Source: Escherichia phage VerenaGrendelmeier_Bas101
Direction: 5' to 3' (one strand)
DNA: 64,000 nucleotides
Sequence record: PQ850631.1
The notes under the pieces are model-generated. The model was given only the letters and a program-made list of their open reading frames with translations. It did not search any database and had not been told where the DNA came from. The first letter of the stretch is position 1, and each line of letters starts with the position of its first letter. Positions 37,766 through 46,715 of the stretch are shown piece after piece. Both the position numbers and the translations under genes were made by a program.

Positions 37766-38761
37766 TTATTTATTAGCAATATAAGCAAATTTTTGATAGT
37801 TATTTGCTTTGATGAGTTTTTCAACTTCAGCAAGGTCATGAGCGACGTCATCAAGCAAAATGTTTCGCCAAGTAGCGAATCGACCGACACTGAATACGTT
37901 CAAATCCATAGTCAACTGGAGCAGTAAGGCGTGGCGCAAGTCTTTCGGAATGTCGACAATTTTGCCATACTTCTGGTCAACCTTTTCAACTTCTTCCAAA
38001 GAGATGTCATTCCATGAAAGACCAAAAGCGGTAAGAACTTCATCCACTTCTGCACGCAGCTTCATGTCGCGATAACGTGTAATGCCGCCAGCGGCTTCAA
38101 CTGCTGCCGCGCTGACGCTTACCAATGGAATTGTTTCAATGATCAGCGTGTCACCAGTGATTGATGCGCGGTAAGTCCTTACAGAATAGTCAGGGAAGTA
38201 AATTGTTTGATACAACTCACACTTGCGCTTAATCTTAAAACGATAAACGCGAATATTTGCCTTATCAAACGAGAAGTCGAGCTTTTGATCAATACCAGCA
38301 AGCTTCATCATGACTGGCAGCGGCGATGTGTTGATGATTGGCGTCTCGCTATAGCCGCAAAGCGTGTCGACCGGAGTATTAAAGAATATACGGTCACCCA
38401 GTTTATCGACAAGTTGATCATAAAAGTCATCCGGCGCTATGTAGCGCGTAGCAGTTTGAAGCTTCATGATTGAGCGGCTGCCAAACTGGTTGGTGACTTT
38501 CATAGAGTACATATTGGCAAGGTTGATTGGGCAATGGTCGTGATAGTAGTTACCGCGAAAATACACGGCCTTGTCAACTGTCACTGCCTTAAAAGGGATT
38601 CCGGTAATACGGCTTACTTCTTCGCCGCGAAAGCGTAGCAGCGCCTTGTGCTGTGGCGCTCGCTCCCCTGCTTCGTACACAATAGAGTTCGGGAAGTGAC
38701 ACGCGGTAATAAGTCCTGCCAAACCGCCGCCGATAATCATTACAGGTTGTTTCATGTTCAT
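37766..38761 (-). CDS. FAD/NAD(P)-binding flavoprotein, UDP-galactopyranose mutase-like
   Basis: Rossmann motif IIGGGLAGL then acidic residue; C-terminal VGRFATWRNILLDDVAHD resembles the Glf-type C-terminus. Confidence 0.4.
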   Translation of the reverse strand: MNMKQPVMIIGGGLAGLITACHFPNSIVYEAGERAPQHKALLRFRGEEVSRITGIPFKAVTVDKAVYFRGNYYHDHCPINLANMYSMKVTNQFGSRSIMKLQTATRYIAPDDFYDQLVDKLGDRIFFNTPVDTLCGYSETPIINTSPLPVMMKLAGIDQKLDFSFDKANIRVYRFKIKRKCELYQTIYFPDYSVRTYRASITGDTLIIETIPLVSVSAAAVEAAGGITRYRDMKLRAEVDEVLTAFGLSWNDISLEEVEKVDQKYGKIVDIPKDLRHALLLQLTMDLNVFSVGRFATWRNILLDDVAHDLAEVEKLIKANNYQKFAYIANK

Positions 38762-38840
38762 TTGTCCTTTGTGGGTGATATGAGAAGTATAATAGCTAAA
38801 TTATTTTACAGCAACAAGTCATTTCTATTTAGTACAGACG

Positions 38841-38868
38841 AAAAAAAGACCCACAACAAGTGTGGGTC
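38841..38868 (-). terminator. rho-independent terminator (minus strand)
   Basis: GACCCACA...TGTGGGTC stem; minus-strand transcript followed by seven U. Confidence 0.65.
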
Positions 38869-38896
38869 AATTACCGCTATATAACCGTCCTACAGG

Positions 38897-39742
38897 TTAT
38901 TCCGCTTGATCACCGTCTTCAGCATCGTCGTTGGATTCAACATCGACAAACTCGATGTGGCCCATCTCTTCCAGCTTGCTCAGGTAGGAGCGAACGGAAG
39001 CGCCAAACAGTTGATCTTTAACTTTCTCGCCCAGCTCATCGATAGACTGTGCCACGCCAACTTCGCCTTCTTTGATCGCAGCCAGAACGCGTCCACGGGT
39101 GGAATGCTCTTGCGGCTGGCTCAGGCCATTACCAGTGTAGATGAAGTGAGTAGCTTTTGCACGACGCTGACCGTTTGCCTTTTTAGCAGCCTTACGTTCT
39201 GCGATGGCTTTGCGACGTTCTTCAGCTTCTTTCTTACGCTGTTCTTTCTGCTGTTCTGCAGCTTCTTTCGCCGCAATCTTAGCAGCTTCACGCTCTGCCT
39301 TGCGTTTCGCTTTAGCTTCTTCTTTGGCCTTCTCTTTTTCGGCCTTCGCTGCAGCACGGGCTTGATCACGCTCTGCTTTCTTAGCAGCAGCTTGTTCAGC
39401 TTTCAGGCGCTTGGCTTCTTCTTTAGCCTTTGCCTTTTCGATTTCTTTCGCTGCTTTAGCGGCTTCACGCTCTGCTTTCTTAGCAGCGGCCTTTTCTGCA
39501 CGCTCTTTAGCTTTCTTGGCTGCTTCTTCAGCACGCTTCTGAGCCTTCTCATCAGCAGCCTGCTTGCGTTTCAGCGCAGCTTCTTCACGCTTGGCTTGTT
39601 TTTCCTGCTCACGCTTCTGGCGTTTTTCTTCGGCTTCTTTCTTTTTAGCCAGGCGTTTTTCTTCAGCCACGCGACGACGTTCTGCTGCAGCTGCTTGTTT
39701 TTCTTCTTTAGATAATACTTTGATTGCTTCGGCCATGTTCAC
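38897..39742 (-). CDS. Lys/Glu/Ala-rich protein (long predicted single alpha-helix) with small C-terminal globular domain
   Basis: About 200 aa of KEEKQAAAAERRRVAEEKRLAKKKEAEEKR-type low complexity, then an ~80-aa C-terminal domain. Confidence 0.5.
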   Translation of the reverse strand: MNMAEAIKVLSKEEKQAAAAERRRVAEEKRLAKKKEAEEKRQKREQEKQAKREEAALKRKQAADEKAQKRAEEAAKKAKERAEKAAAKKAEREAAKAAKEIEKAKAKEEAKRLKAEQAAAKKAERDQARAAAKAEKEKAKEEAKAKRKAEREAAKIAAKEAAEQQKEQRKKEAEERRKAIAERKAAKKANGQRRAKATHFIYTGNGLSQPQEHSTRGRVLAAIKEGEVGVAQSIDELGEKVKDQLFGASVRSYLSKLEEMGHIEFVDVESNDDAEDGDQAE

Positions 39743-39895
39743 AGTCCTTAAATAAATTAGTTTATTTTATATTCCCCGTTTGGGATAACTTAATTATGCC
39801 TTCAGTCGCCGCCAGTAGCAACTAAAAACTATGGCGGCGATGCCACTTTAATTAAACTGATTTTCAGTTTTATTTTTCGTAAATTTACGTCAACA

Positions 39896-41080
39896 TTAAC
39901 GCGCTTTCAAATCACGGTACACGGTCAGATTCTTCTTAGCACGGGTGATTGCGGTGTACATCATCTTGGAGTACGGAACGCCGCGCAAGATTTCTTCCAG
40001 CACGCACACATTATCCCACTCGCTGCCTTGCGATTTGTGCACCGTGATGACATAGCCATAGTCCATCCCGCCAACAGCGCGTTGCGCTTCTTTGCGCACT
40101 TCCTGATCAGTAGAGAAGGAAAGAGGATTAATCTTAACCTTTATATCTTTACCATCAGTCAATGAACGCAAGTTGACATACATTATTTCATTCGACTCAT
40201 CTTCATCCCTTTCAAAGTCCGGCACTGGCTCATAGCCAATAACAATCCCTTGCTCGCCATTACAGAATCCTGGCCCGTGTTGGTTGAAGGTGCAAATAAC
40301 CTTCTCGCCGATTCCTGGCATTGGTGTTATACGTCCGCTCACTTGCCGTAATAATGAATTCCATTTATCTTTGGTGCTATTATAGGAGCAAATAATTTGA
40401 TCATCTTCGCCCATGAATTTCTTCAATGCAGTAACGCGCGGCGATTCTGCCAATACTTTGACGTCATCGTATTCACGCGGAGGAAGGCGGTTGCCTTGGC
40501 GAACGAAGAAGGAAGCACGGATGATGTTGGACTCTTTCCCTTGCCGCATGATTTCTGTTAACAGTACGTCAACGGCTTCTTCGGTAAAGTAGGCGGCGGC
40601 TTTTACCGGAGGGACTTGTCCAATGTCGCCTAATGCCAGCACAGGGATGCGGTGATCAAGAAGGCGCTCTGTGTCCCACTCGCCAACCATTGAAGCTTCA
40701 TCAAGGACTACAAGATGCGGCTTTTCGTCCAGCTTTGACTTTCTCGAGAATATTGGCTCATTGTCGTCATTTACGCCGCGCACGTTATAGATGAACTGGT
40801 GAAGGGTCTTAGCGCCACGACAACCTTTTTGCTTTAATCTGCTTGCAGCCTTTCCGGTCGGCGCAATATAGATAGCGCCGTACTCACCGACACAACGGCG
40901 CACAATCTCGCGAGCAATAGAGGTTTTACCAGTCCCTGCATAGCCAGCGATGAAAAACACGCGCTTCGTCGTTTTACCGTCTTGCAATCGCTTGTACCAT
41001 GCAACGGCCTTTTCGATGGCGTCAATTTGTTGCGCGTTAAACTGAATCACTGGCTCATCATTAAATTCTGGAATGTTCAT
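39896..41080 (-). CDS. SF1 helicase, Dda/RecD-like
   Basis: Walker A GYAGTGKTS, Walker B VVLDEASMV, C-terminal VITVHKSQGSEWDNV and YTAITRAKKNL. Confidence 0.7.
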   Translation of the reverse strand: MNIPEFNDEPVIQFNAQQIDAIEKAVAWYKRLQDGKTTKRVFFIAGYAGTGKTSIAREIVRRCVGEYGAIYIAPTGKAASRLKQKGCRGAKTLHQFIYNVRGVNDDNEPIFSRKSKLDEKPHLVVLDEASMVGEWDTERLLDHRIPVLALGDIGQVPPVKAAAYFTEEAVDVLLTEIMRQGKESNIIRASFFVRQGNRLPPREYDDVKVLAESPRVTALKKFMGEDDQIICSYNSTKDKWNSLLRQVSGRITPMPGIGEKVICTFNQHGPGFCNGEQGIVIGYEPVPDFERDEDESNEIMYVNLRSLTDGKDIKVKINPLSFSTDQEVRKEAQRAVGGMDYGYVITVHKSQGSEWDNVCVLEEILRGVPYSKMMYTAITRAKKNLTVYRDLKAR

Positions 41081-41406
41081 TATAACTCCACTACGCTGTC
41101 AAGGTCCAGATATACTGGAATAAAATGGCAATCTTCTTTTCGTTCAAACATCTCACCATCAACATGGCTGAAGAAAACAGTTGTATTTGGTATCTTCCAT
41201 CCTTTCTCGTCGCGCACTAAGTACGCCATGGATTCAACAGGGATGTGCAGCGATACCGGATTTGCGGCAAAAATAAATTTGATTCTGTCTGGTTGACCCA
41301 GGAATCGCATGATTGTTAGGCTTGAATTCAATCTTGTATTAAGGAAGGACTCAACGATTCCGACGTGTGTTGCACGTTCGCGTTGCTTCGTCTCTTTTTC
41401 GTTCAT
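41080..41406 (-). CDS. hypothetical protein
   Basis: First gene of the leftward block; ATGA overlap with helicase gene. Confidence 0.4.
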   Translation of the reverse strand: MNEKETKQRERATHVGIVESFLNTRLNSSLTIMRFLGQPDRIKFIFAANPVSLHIPVESMAYLVRDEKGWKIPNTTVFFSHVDGEMFERKEDCHFIPVYLDLDSVVEL

Positions 41407-41444
41407 TTCAGGCGACCTTTGTTAGTGCGGAAATATTTTCTGAT

Positions 41445-41473
41445 AGTATAATTGCAGATATAGTATAAAGCAA
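41445..41473 (-). promoter_or_regulatory. sigma70-like promoter for the leftward block (TTGCTT-17-TATACT on minus strand)
   Basis: -10 complement at 41445-41450, -35 complement at 41468-41473. Confidence 0.4.
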
Positions 41474-41509
41474 AGTAAATCGAAATTGTGAACTAAATGG
41501 TAAATATTG

Positions 41510-41537
41510 TTGACTTTGTATCACTCAATATTATACT
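41510..41537 (+). promoter_or_regulatory. sigma70-like promoter for the rightward early block (TTGACT-16-TATACT)
   Basis: -35 at 41510-41515, -10 at 41532-41537, about 30 nt upstream of the primase gene. Confidence 0.45.
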
Positions 41538-41566
41538 GCAGGTATTGATCACCGAAGGAAAGAAAG

Positions 41567-42649
41567 ATGGCTAGTTTAAGAGAAGAAGCAAAAATAATTG
41601 AAGAGTTTTTAACAGAACTCCAAAGAGGCATCCCAGAAGATGAGCGCGTCATGACGGTGTTTGCTCCTGAAGCAACGGTACAGACCGACGAGCGCGGCAA
41701 GAAGATCAACAGCAGCTTCTGGCCTAAGCCTTGGAAGTTGGGCAAGCCGCTCATGCAGCACCAAAACGGCTATGCTTGCATCAGTTCAATGCGTAAGTCT
41801 CCCAACCCAAAGACGGGTGAGATGCGATACTGGCGTACAGAGTCGGCCTTTGGTCACGGCATGGCGATGATGGTCGACGACATCGGTCACGGTAAAGGGT
41901 CCAAAGGCGATTTAGATTTGGAGTTCTTTTTCGAGCGACTGAAGCCGACTGTCATAGTCGAGACGTCACCGAACAACCACCAGCTTTGGTACTTCTTTAA
42001 AGAACCGATTGACCATCTTATTCAGTTCAAAGCATTTCTTGGGTCTTTCGTTAACATGGTACTCAAGAAGGGCGGCGACAACACGATTAAAGACGTAACG
42101 CGCGTTGGCCGTGTTCCTGGGTGCATCAACAACAAGCGTGTGACTCACGACGGCCCCTATAAATATGTCGATGAGAACGGCGACCCGTTCCGCTGCCGAC
42201 TTGTCCATGCAGACTACTCCTTGCGCTACACCATCGAAGACATCTGTCAGGCATTCGGCTTTCACGTCGTTATGCCGCAAAAGCGTGAGATTCAAATTGA
42301 CGTAGATGAATACAAGTACGATGCTGTTTGGTATAAAATAGCCCAGCAGATTCTAGCGCGCAACAAGATGGGTGAAGGGTCTGATGGCGACGTCATCGAG
42401 AATATGTCAGGCAAGTGCCGCATAATCTGCCCTTGGGGTGAAGAACACACCAACGGCGACCCGTATGGCGCTTACTTTCGCGGCCCTATCCCTGGTGCAG
42501 AACATGAGTTTGTGTTCGGTTGCGCCCACGACTGTCACCGGAAAGGGGAAGGCAAGAAAGGTTGGACTGCTTTTGTTGAAGCAATCGTCATGCCTTATAT
42601 TGAGAATCAACTTGACATGATAAATCGTCGTGCAGGTGGCATAAAATAG
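41567..42649 (+). CDS. AEP-family primase-polymerase with C-terminal zinc-binding motif
   Basis: AEP motifs MMVDDIG, SPNNHQLWYFF and RVGRVPGCINNK (R.PG..N.K); C-terminal CPWGEEH...CAHDCH. Confidence 0.55.
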   Translation: MASLREEAKIIEEFLTELQRGIPEDERVMTVFAPEATVQTDERGKKINSSFWPKPWKLGKPLMQHQNGYACISSMRKSPNPKTGEMRYWRTESAFGHGMAMMVDDIGHGKGSKGDLDLEFFFERLKPTVIVETSPNNHQLWYFFKEPIDHLIQFKAFLGSFVNMVLKKGGDNTIKDVTRVGRVPGCINNKRVTHDGPYKYVDENGDPFRCRLVHADYSLRYTIEDICQAFGFHVVMPQKREIQIDVDEYKYDAVWYKIAQQILARNKMGEGSDGDVIENMSGKCRIICPWGEEHTNGDPYGAYFRGPIPGAEHEFVFGCAHDCHRKGEGKKGWTAFVEAIVMPYIENQLDMINRRAGGIK

Positions 42650-42707
42650 TTTGCTTTTATTTTCATAGCAACTATAATCATTTTATGAACTGAAGCAGAG
42701 GTGATTC

Positions 42708-42854
42708 ATGCAAAGCGAAGAATTGAACATCGAGGTTGAATGTCTGTTAAAGTCGTTAGAACCTAAACCAGCAGAGCTTCCGACCCTTCAAGGAGTCACG
42801 GCTCACCATCAAGCGGCTGCGGCCAAACACTACTCTGAATTTGTTAAGGAATAA
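42708..42854 (+). CDS. small hypothetical protein (48 aa)
   Basis: GAGGTG RBS, ATG at 42708, fills the gap between flanking genes. Confidence 0.3.
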   Translation: MQSEELNIEVECLLKSLEPKPAELPTLQGVTAHHQAAAAKHYSEFVKE

Positions 42855-42856
42855 AA

Positions 42857-43147
42857 ATGAACGAACCAAAAATGATGACCGTTGAAGAAGCACAAAAGCT
42901 TCGTGTTGAAAACGAGCTTAAGCTTGTCAACCAGATTCTCCCCTTGTTTGCAGGCTACGCAGTGGAGGAAGTTGTTGGTGCAATCCTTAACGTATCAACG
43001 CATGTCGCTATGAATCTTCAGGCCGAACGATTCAATACGCTGCTGACTATTAAAAACCTTACGGTCAGTGCAACGTTCACCGTTGAGCCAGTCAATTTTG
43101 ACGAAGCTTCAGCCGCAATTCAACAGCAAAGAGATCAAGAGGTGTAG
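42857..43147 (+). CDS. hypothetical protein
   Basis: ATG start. Confidence 0.4.
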   Translation: MNEPKMMTVEEAQKLRVENELKLVNQILPLFAGYAVEEVVGAILNVSTHVAMNLQAERFNTLLTIKNLTVSATFTVEPVNFDEASAAIQQQRDQEV

Positions 43148-43148
43148 C

Positions 43149-43412
43149 ATGGGTGCTTTCCGTAATGAGTTCACCTGGAACGTTACCAGCAATCTCTCGA
43201 CTTGTCCTAACTGTGCAAGCGATGTTATCAAGGTGCGGCAGCATCGCAACGCGGAGGAAGGTGCCTGGGAGGATGGCGACCTTGTAGAATGCCAGTGCTG
43301 CTCTCATGAAGGTGTTGTGGAGCTTTACGCTGGCGAAGGTTGCCCACCAGCAGAACGCACAGCACGCGTTGAATGGGATGCAACAGACTCCATTGGTGAT
43401 CCTCAACAGTAA
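43149..43412 (+). CDS. small zinc-ribbon-like protein
   Basis: CPNC...CQCC cysteine pairs; start at ATG after the upstream stop. Confidence 0.4.
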   Translation: MGAFRNEFTWNVTSNLSTCPNCASDVIKVRQHRNAEEGAWEDGDLVECQCCSHEGVVELYAGEGCPPAERTARVEWDATDSIGDPQQ

Positions 43413-43430
43413 ATTTAGGTATAGATACTT

Positions 43431-43535
43431 ATGAAAGCCGTAAAGAAATACACATTAATCATTTCCCTTGTTATCATCCTGGGGCTATTATATGTATTGG
43501 ATATGGCATATTATTTGGCAGGGGTGAGTAAATGA
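43431..43535 (+). CDS. very small membrane peptide (34 aa)
   Basis: MKAVKKYTLIISLVIILGLLYVLDMAYYLAGVSK; ATGA overlap with next gene. Confidence 0.25.
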   Translation: MKAVKKYTLIISLVIILGLLYVLDMAYYLAGVSK

Positions 43536-43822
43536 ATATTGTAATTCTTTATGGTGAAAATATCAGCGATGACGACATCGAAGTTGCCGTTGATGTTTAC
43601 GGTATCGATGAGGTGAAACGTGTTGAAGAAATTAGTGGCGCAAATCTCAATGAGATTGTCAAAGAAGCTGGTTGCCCTTCGGAAGAGATTCTGGTGGTTA
43701 CTAACGATGACCTGTCTTCTATGGATCATTTGCGCCGCATCTTCACCGATTGCCAATACCTTCATGCTGTTCAATCAGTAAACAAATTGAGAAAGGCATA
43801 CGCCAACCAATTTCCTTGCTGA
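43532..43822 (+). CDS. hypothetical protein
   Basis: ATG start. Confidence 0.4.
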   Translation: MNIVILYGENISDDDIEVAVDVYGIDEVKRVEEISGANLNEIVKEAGCPSEEILVVTNDDLSSMDHLRRIFTDCQYLHAVQSVNKLRKAYANQFPC

Positions 43823-43872
43823 TAGTTCACCAGTTATATTGCTTTAAATTGAGTTTTACTATATTAATATAC

Positions 43873-43897
43873 AACGCCAGATTTCTGGCGTTTATTT
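43873..43897 (+). terminator. rho-independent terminator
   Basis: CGCCAG...CTGGCG stem followed by TTTATTT. Confidence 0.6.
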
Positions 43898-43958
43898 ACC
43901 GCACCCTGAAAGGATATATCCATGCAACAATATAACAAAGCCGTATCAGGAGGATTAA

Positions 43959-45629
43959 ATGTCAATTAATAATGACAATCTTCCAGAGGATACAGGTGAT
44001 GAATTTGGTGCAATCTTTGACGAAATTCAAGATGCAGGCGTTTCGGAAGAAATGCAGGCAGCAGAGCAGCAAGGCACCAGAGCTAAAATCAGCCTTCAAC
44101 ACAAAGCCGTTGAAAAAGATTCAGAGCGCATGGAGTGTTACGGTGAAGAAGACTTGGTTGAAAGAGCACGCTTGCTCGCCTCACTTCAGGTAATCAAGTT
44201 CCCTCACTACAAGCCGACCAAAGATGACTTCGTTCTACAGGCAGACCGGACGAGTGACATGAACCGCTATGCGGTGTTCGACGCGTTGTTTGATAAGGGA
44301 AGTGGCATTGTTCCATTCCCTCACAAAGATACTTTTCGTGGGCGCTTAGTCGACCATCGCGGCGAAACATTCACTGACCGTACCTTGGAAGTCACAGAGA
44401 TAGTTGCCGCTGTCGACGCAGCAGGGCTGTCTAACCCAAACTCACGTCAGGTTGCTCAATCCTATAAGGAATGGGCCATGCGTTATCAGCGCGACGACCT
44501 GATGGACTTCTTCTACAAGAAGCTGCCTGAATGGGACGGTACTGCGCGCATCGAGAAATACCTTATCGAGCTATTCCGACCGTTCGATACAGAGTTAAAC
44601 CGACAAATCGGTGTGTATTTTTGGCTATCGCTCTACAACCGCCTGACCAACCCTGGCTGTCAAGCGCCAATCTCCATCGCGCTCATCGGCGGCCAGAACG
44701 CAGGGAAGAGTTATTTTAGCAAGCTGCTTTGCGAAGCTATTATGAACGACCGCCACGCAACACCGATTCCGTTGAACTTAGCCGCGCAAAACTTCAACCC
44801 GTTCTTGCGAGCTATTACGGGTCGCTCGATTATCGCGAACGTCGGCGAGATGACAGGCTTTAAAAAGGCCGACATCGAAAACATGAAAGCATTCCTGACT
44901 AAGACGGAAGATGACCTGGACTTCAAATTTGAAGATACGCAGGTTAAACCACGCCAGTGGATTGCTATCATGGACGGCAACGAATACGCAGGCATGCAGC
45001 GTGATGACACGGGCAACCGTCGTGTGTATCCTATCTTTGTTGGCCAACTCGCCGACAAGGACGGGCAACCGAACTGGTCGAAAGATTTCCAAGCTGACCT
45101 TTCCACTTTGAAAGAAGACGTTTGGCAGCTTATGGCTGAGTGCGCTGCGTGGATGGAGAAGCACGGCGAAGCAGGCTATAACGCGTTTGTTGGTGAAACA
45201 TCTCGCATGCTTACTGAGTTCAGTAAAAACGAGATGGAACGCGCTCGCGGCGTTATCCGTGATGAGATGGTTGACAACGACCTTGTTGAAGTCGTCATCA
45301 CCGCGCCTTATGATCGACATCACAGCGGACGCTGGCACATCACCAGTGGTGCTATTGCTATGGGATTCAGAGCGAAGTGCGGCAAGTCGCCTTTCTCTCG
45401 TACCCTTGCGCCGCACATGTCGAAGCTTGGTTTTGAGCCTGCAACCTATCGCAACCAGCGCGGTTACTTTACGCCGCTGATTAAGAATGAAGCAGGGGAA
45501 TACATTTCTGATTTGATGACCATCTTAGCGTATCTTATCCGCGATGAGTCTGACCCTGAAGATATTGAATTCTTGAAGAAGGTTATCGAGCGTAAACGTT
45601 CTTTGGGAAGAGATAAGGATGAATTCTGA
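43959..45629 (+). CDS. P-loop NTPase, VirE/D5-like primase-associated helicase
   Basis: 556 aa; Walker A IALIGGQNAGKSY; AGGAGGA RBS. Confidence 0.5.
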   Translation: MSINNDNLPEDTGDEFGAIFDEIQDAGVSEEMQAAEQQGTRAKISLQHKAVEKDSERMECYGEEDLVERARLLASLQVIKFPHYKPTKDDFVLQADRTSDMNRYAVFDALFDKGSGIVPFPHKDTFRGRLVDHRGETFTDRTLEVTEIVAAVDAAGLSNPNSRQVAQSYKEWAMRYQRDDLMDFFYKKLPEWDGTARIEKYLIELFRPFDTELNRQIGVYFWLSLYNRLTNPGCQAPISIALIGGQNAGKSYFSKLLCEAIMNDRHATPIPLNLAAQNFNPFLRAITGRSIIANVGEMTGFKKADIENMKAFLTKTEDDLDFKFEDTQVKPRQWIAIMDGNEYAGMQRDDTGNRRVYPIFVGQLADKDGQPNWSKDFQADLSTLKEDVWQLMAECAAWMEKHGEAGYNAFVGETSRMLTEFSKNEMERARGVIRDEMVDNDLVEVVITAPYDRHHSGRWHITSGAIAMGFRAKCGKSPFSRTLAPHMSKLGFEPATYRNQRGYFTPLIKNEAGEYISDLMTILAYLIRDESDPEDIEFLKKVIERKRSLGRDKDEF

Positions 45630-46276
45630 TGAATAAAGCAATCAACATCGCTAAATTCTTTCAACATCTTGGTGAACTGAACAAAGAAAGTGACGTTCAC
45701 GGCGAAGAAATGAACCGGATGATCTCAACCGTGTTGCGTGGCTTTGGTTATGATAAGGACTCAATCACTTGCAAGCGTACAAAGCTTGTTGATGAGTCTT
45801 ATCTTTACTACGTAGAGTTGCGCATCGGGAAAGATGTGATGATCATTGACCCTAAACTGGAAGGGGCGCACTGTTTTGGCGCTCACCCTCGTGCGAGTGA
45901 ATTCAAGGGTCGCGGTCGCAACCGAATCCAGAAGCTTGATGACGCAGGTGACTTGAACATTGCCATGTTCCTTAAAGAGTTCCTTGCGCTACCGAAGGTT
46001 GCATCATCCACTGGTCGTGATGACCCTTGCAAGATTGGATTCCGAACTAAAGATTTGCGCAATGCGCTACGCAAGAAGGGATTTGTGCCTTCTTATGACA
46101 ACGTCGCCGCGCTGATGGCTTCAATGGAGGAAGCTGAAGCGATGGACAAGGTGCGCGGCTATTTCCTGAATACAGGCTTCACCATGTATGAATGGCACAC
46201 GAAGGGATTGACTGTCGCCGACTTCATCTATTCATTAGAGCAGAAGTATGTACGCAATATGCAGGCCACAGGATAA
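45629..46276 (+). CDS. hypothetical protein
   Basis: ATGA overlap with upstream gene. Confidence 0.45.
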   Translation: MNKAINIAKFFQHLGELNKESDVHGEEMNRMISTVLRGFGYDKDSITCKRTKLVDESYLYYVELRIGKDVMIIDPKLEGAHCFGAHPRASEFKGRGRNRIQKLDDAGDLNIAMFLKEFLALPKVASSTGRDDPCKIGFRTKDLRNALRKKGFVPSYDNVAALMASMEEAEAMDKVRGYFLNTGFTMYEWHTKGLTVADFIYSLEQKYVRNMQATG

Positions 46277-46315
46277 TTATCATCAAAATATTTGCTTTTC
46301 TGACGAGGTGATATT

Positions 46316-46540
46316 ATGATTAATTTAGACAGGATTGAGTTAGCACTTAGTACCTTAATCAAATATTACCAGTTTGCTTTTAAGGCTAGTTTGTTCGGCT
46401 TGTTCAATCCTCATCAAGCAGCAAAGGCGCGAAGCAATGCTAACCGCCTGCGCTGTACTGGTATAGTTATCCACGACCGGATATTGACAGAGGGTAGATT
46501 CAGCCATGAATACACAAGGGAGAATAACAAAGCAACGTAG
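46316..46540 (+). CDS. hypothetical protein
   Basis: GAGGTG RBS, ATG start. Confidence 0.4.
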   Translation: MINLDRIELALSTLIKYYQFAFKASLFGLFNPHQAAKARSNANRLRCTGIVIHDRILTEGRFSHEYTRENNKAT

Positions 46541-46715
46541 GGCTTTACAAGTCCTCATCCACTACCTGTCACGCCTTTATCCAACGGCGCACGAGCAGAA
46601 TCCATCAACGGGTCACCTGTTTAAGCGCCGTAACCTTTCGTTGAAAACATTCGCTTTAATCCAATACGACCGCTACCTGGACGGGCGCTACTGCGGCCCG
46701 AAGGATTCTCTATGA
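46506..46715 (+). CDS. hypothetical protein
   Basis: Fills the gap; overlaps neighbours at both ends. Confidence 0.3.
   Translation: MNTQGRITKQRRALQVLIHYLSRLYPTAHEQNPSTGHLFKRRNLSLKTFALIQYDRYLDGRYCGPKDSL

Noticed and set aside
38906-39715. 269-aa plus-strand ORF antisense to the K/E/A-rich gene
   Set aside because: Phe/Leu/Ser-rich translation is the mirror image of the Lys/Glu/Ala repeat on the coding strand.
44778-45416. 212-aa ORF antisense to the VirE/D5-like helicase gene
   Set aside because: Overlaps a gene with a Walker A motif in the sense frame; no RBS.
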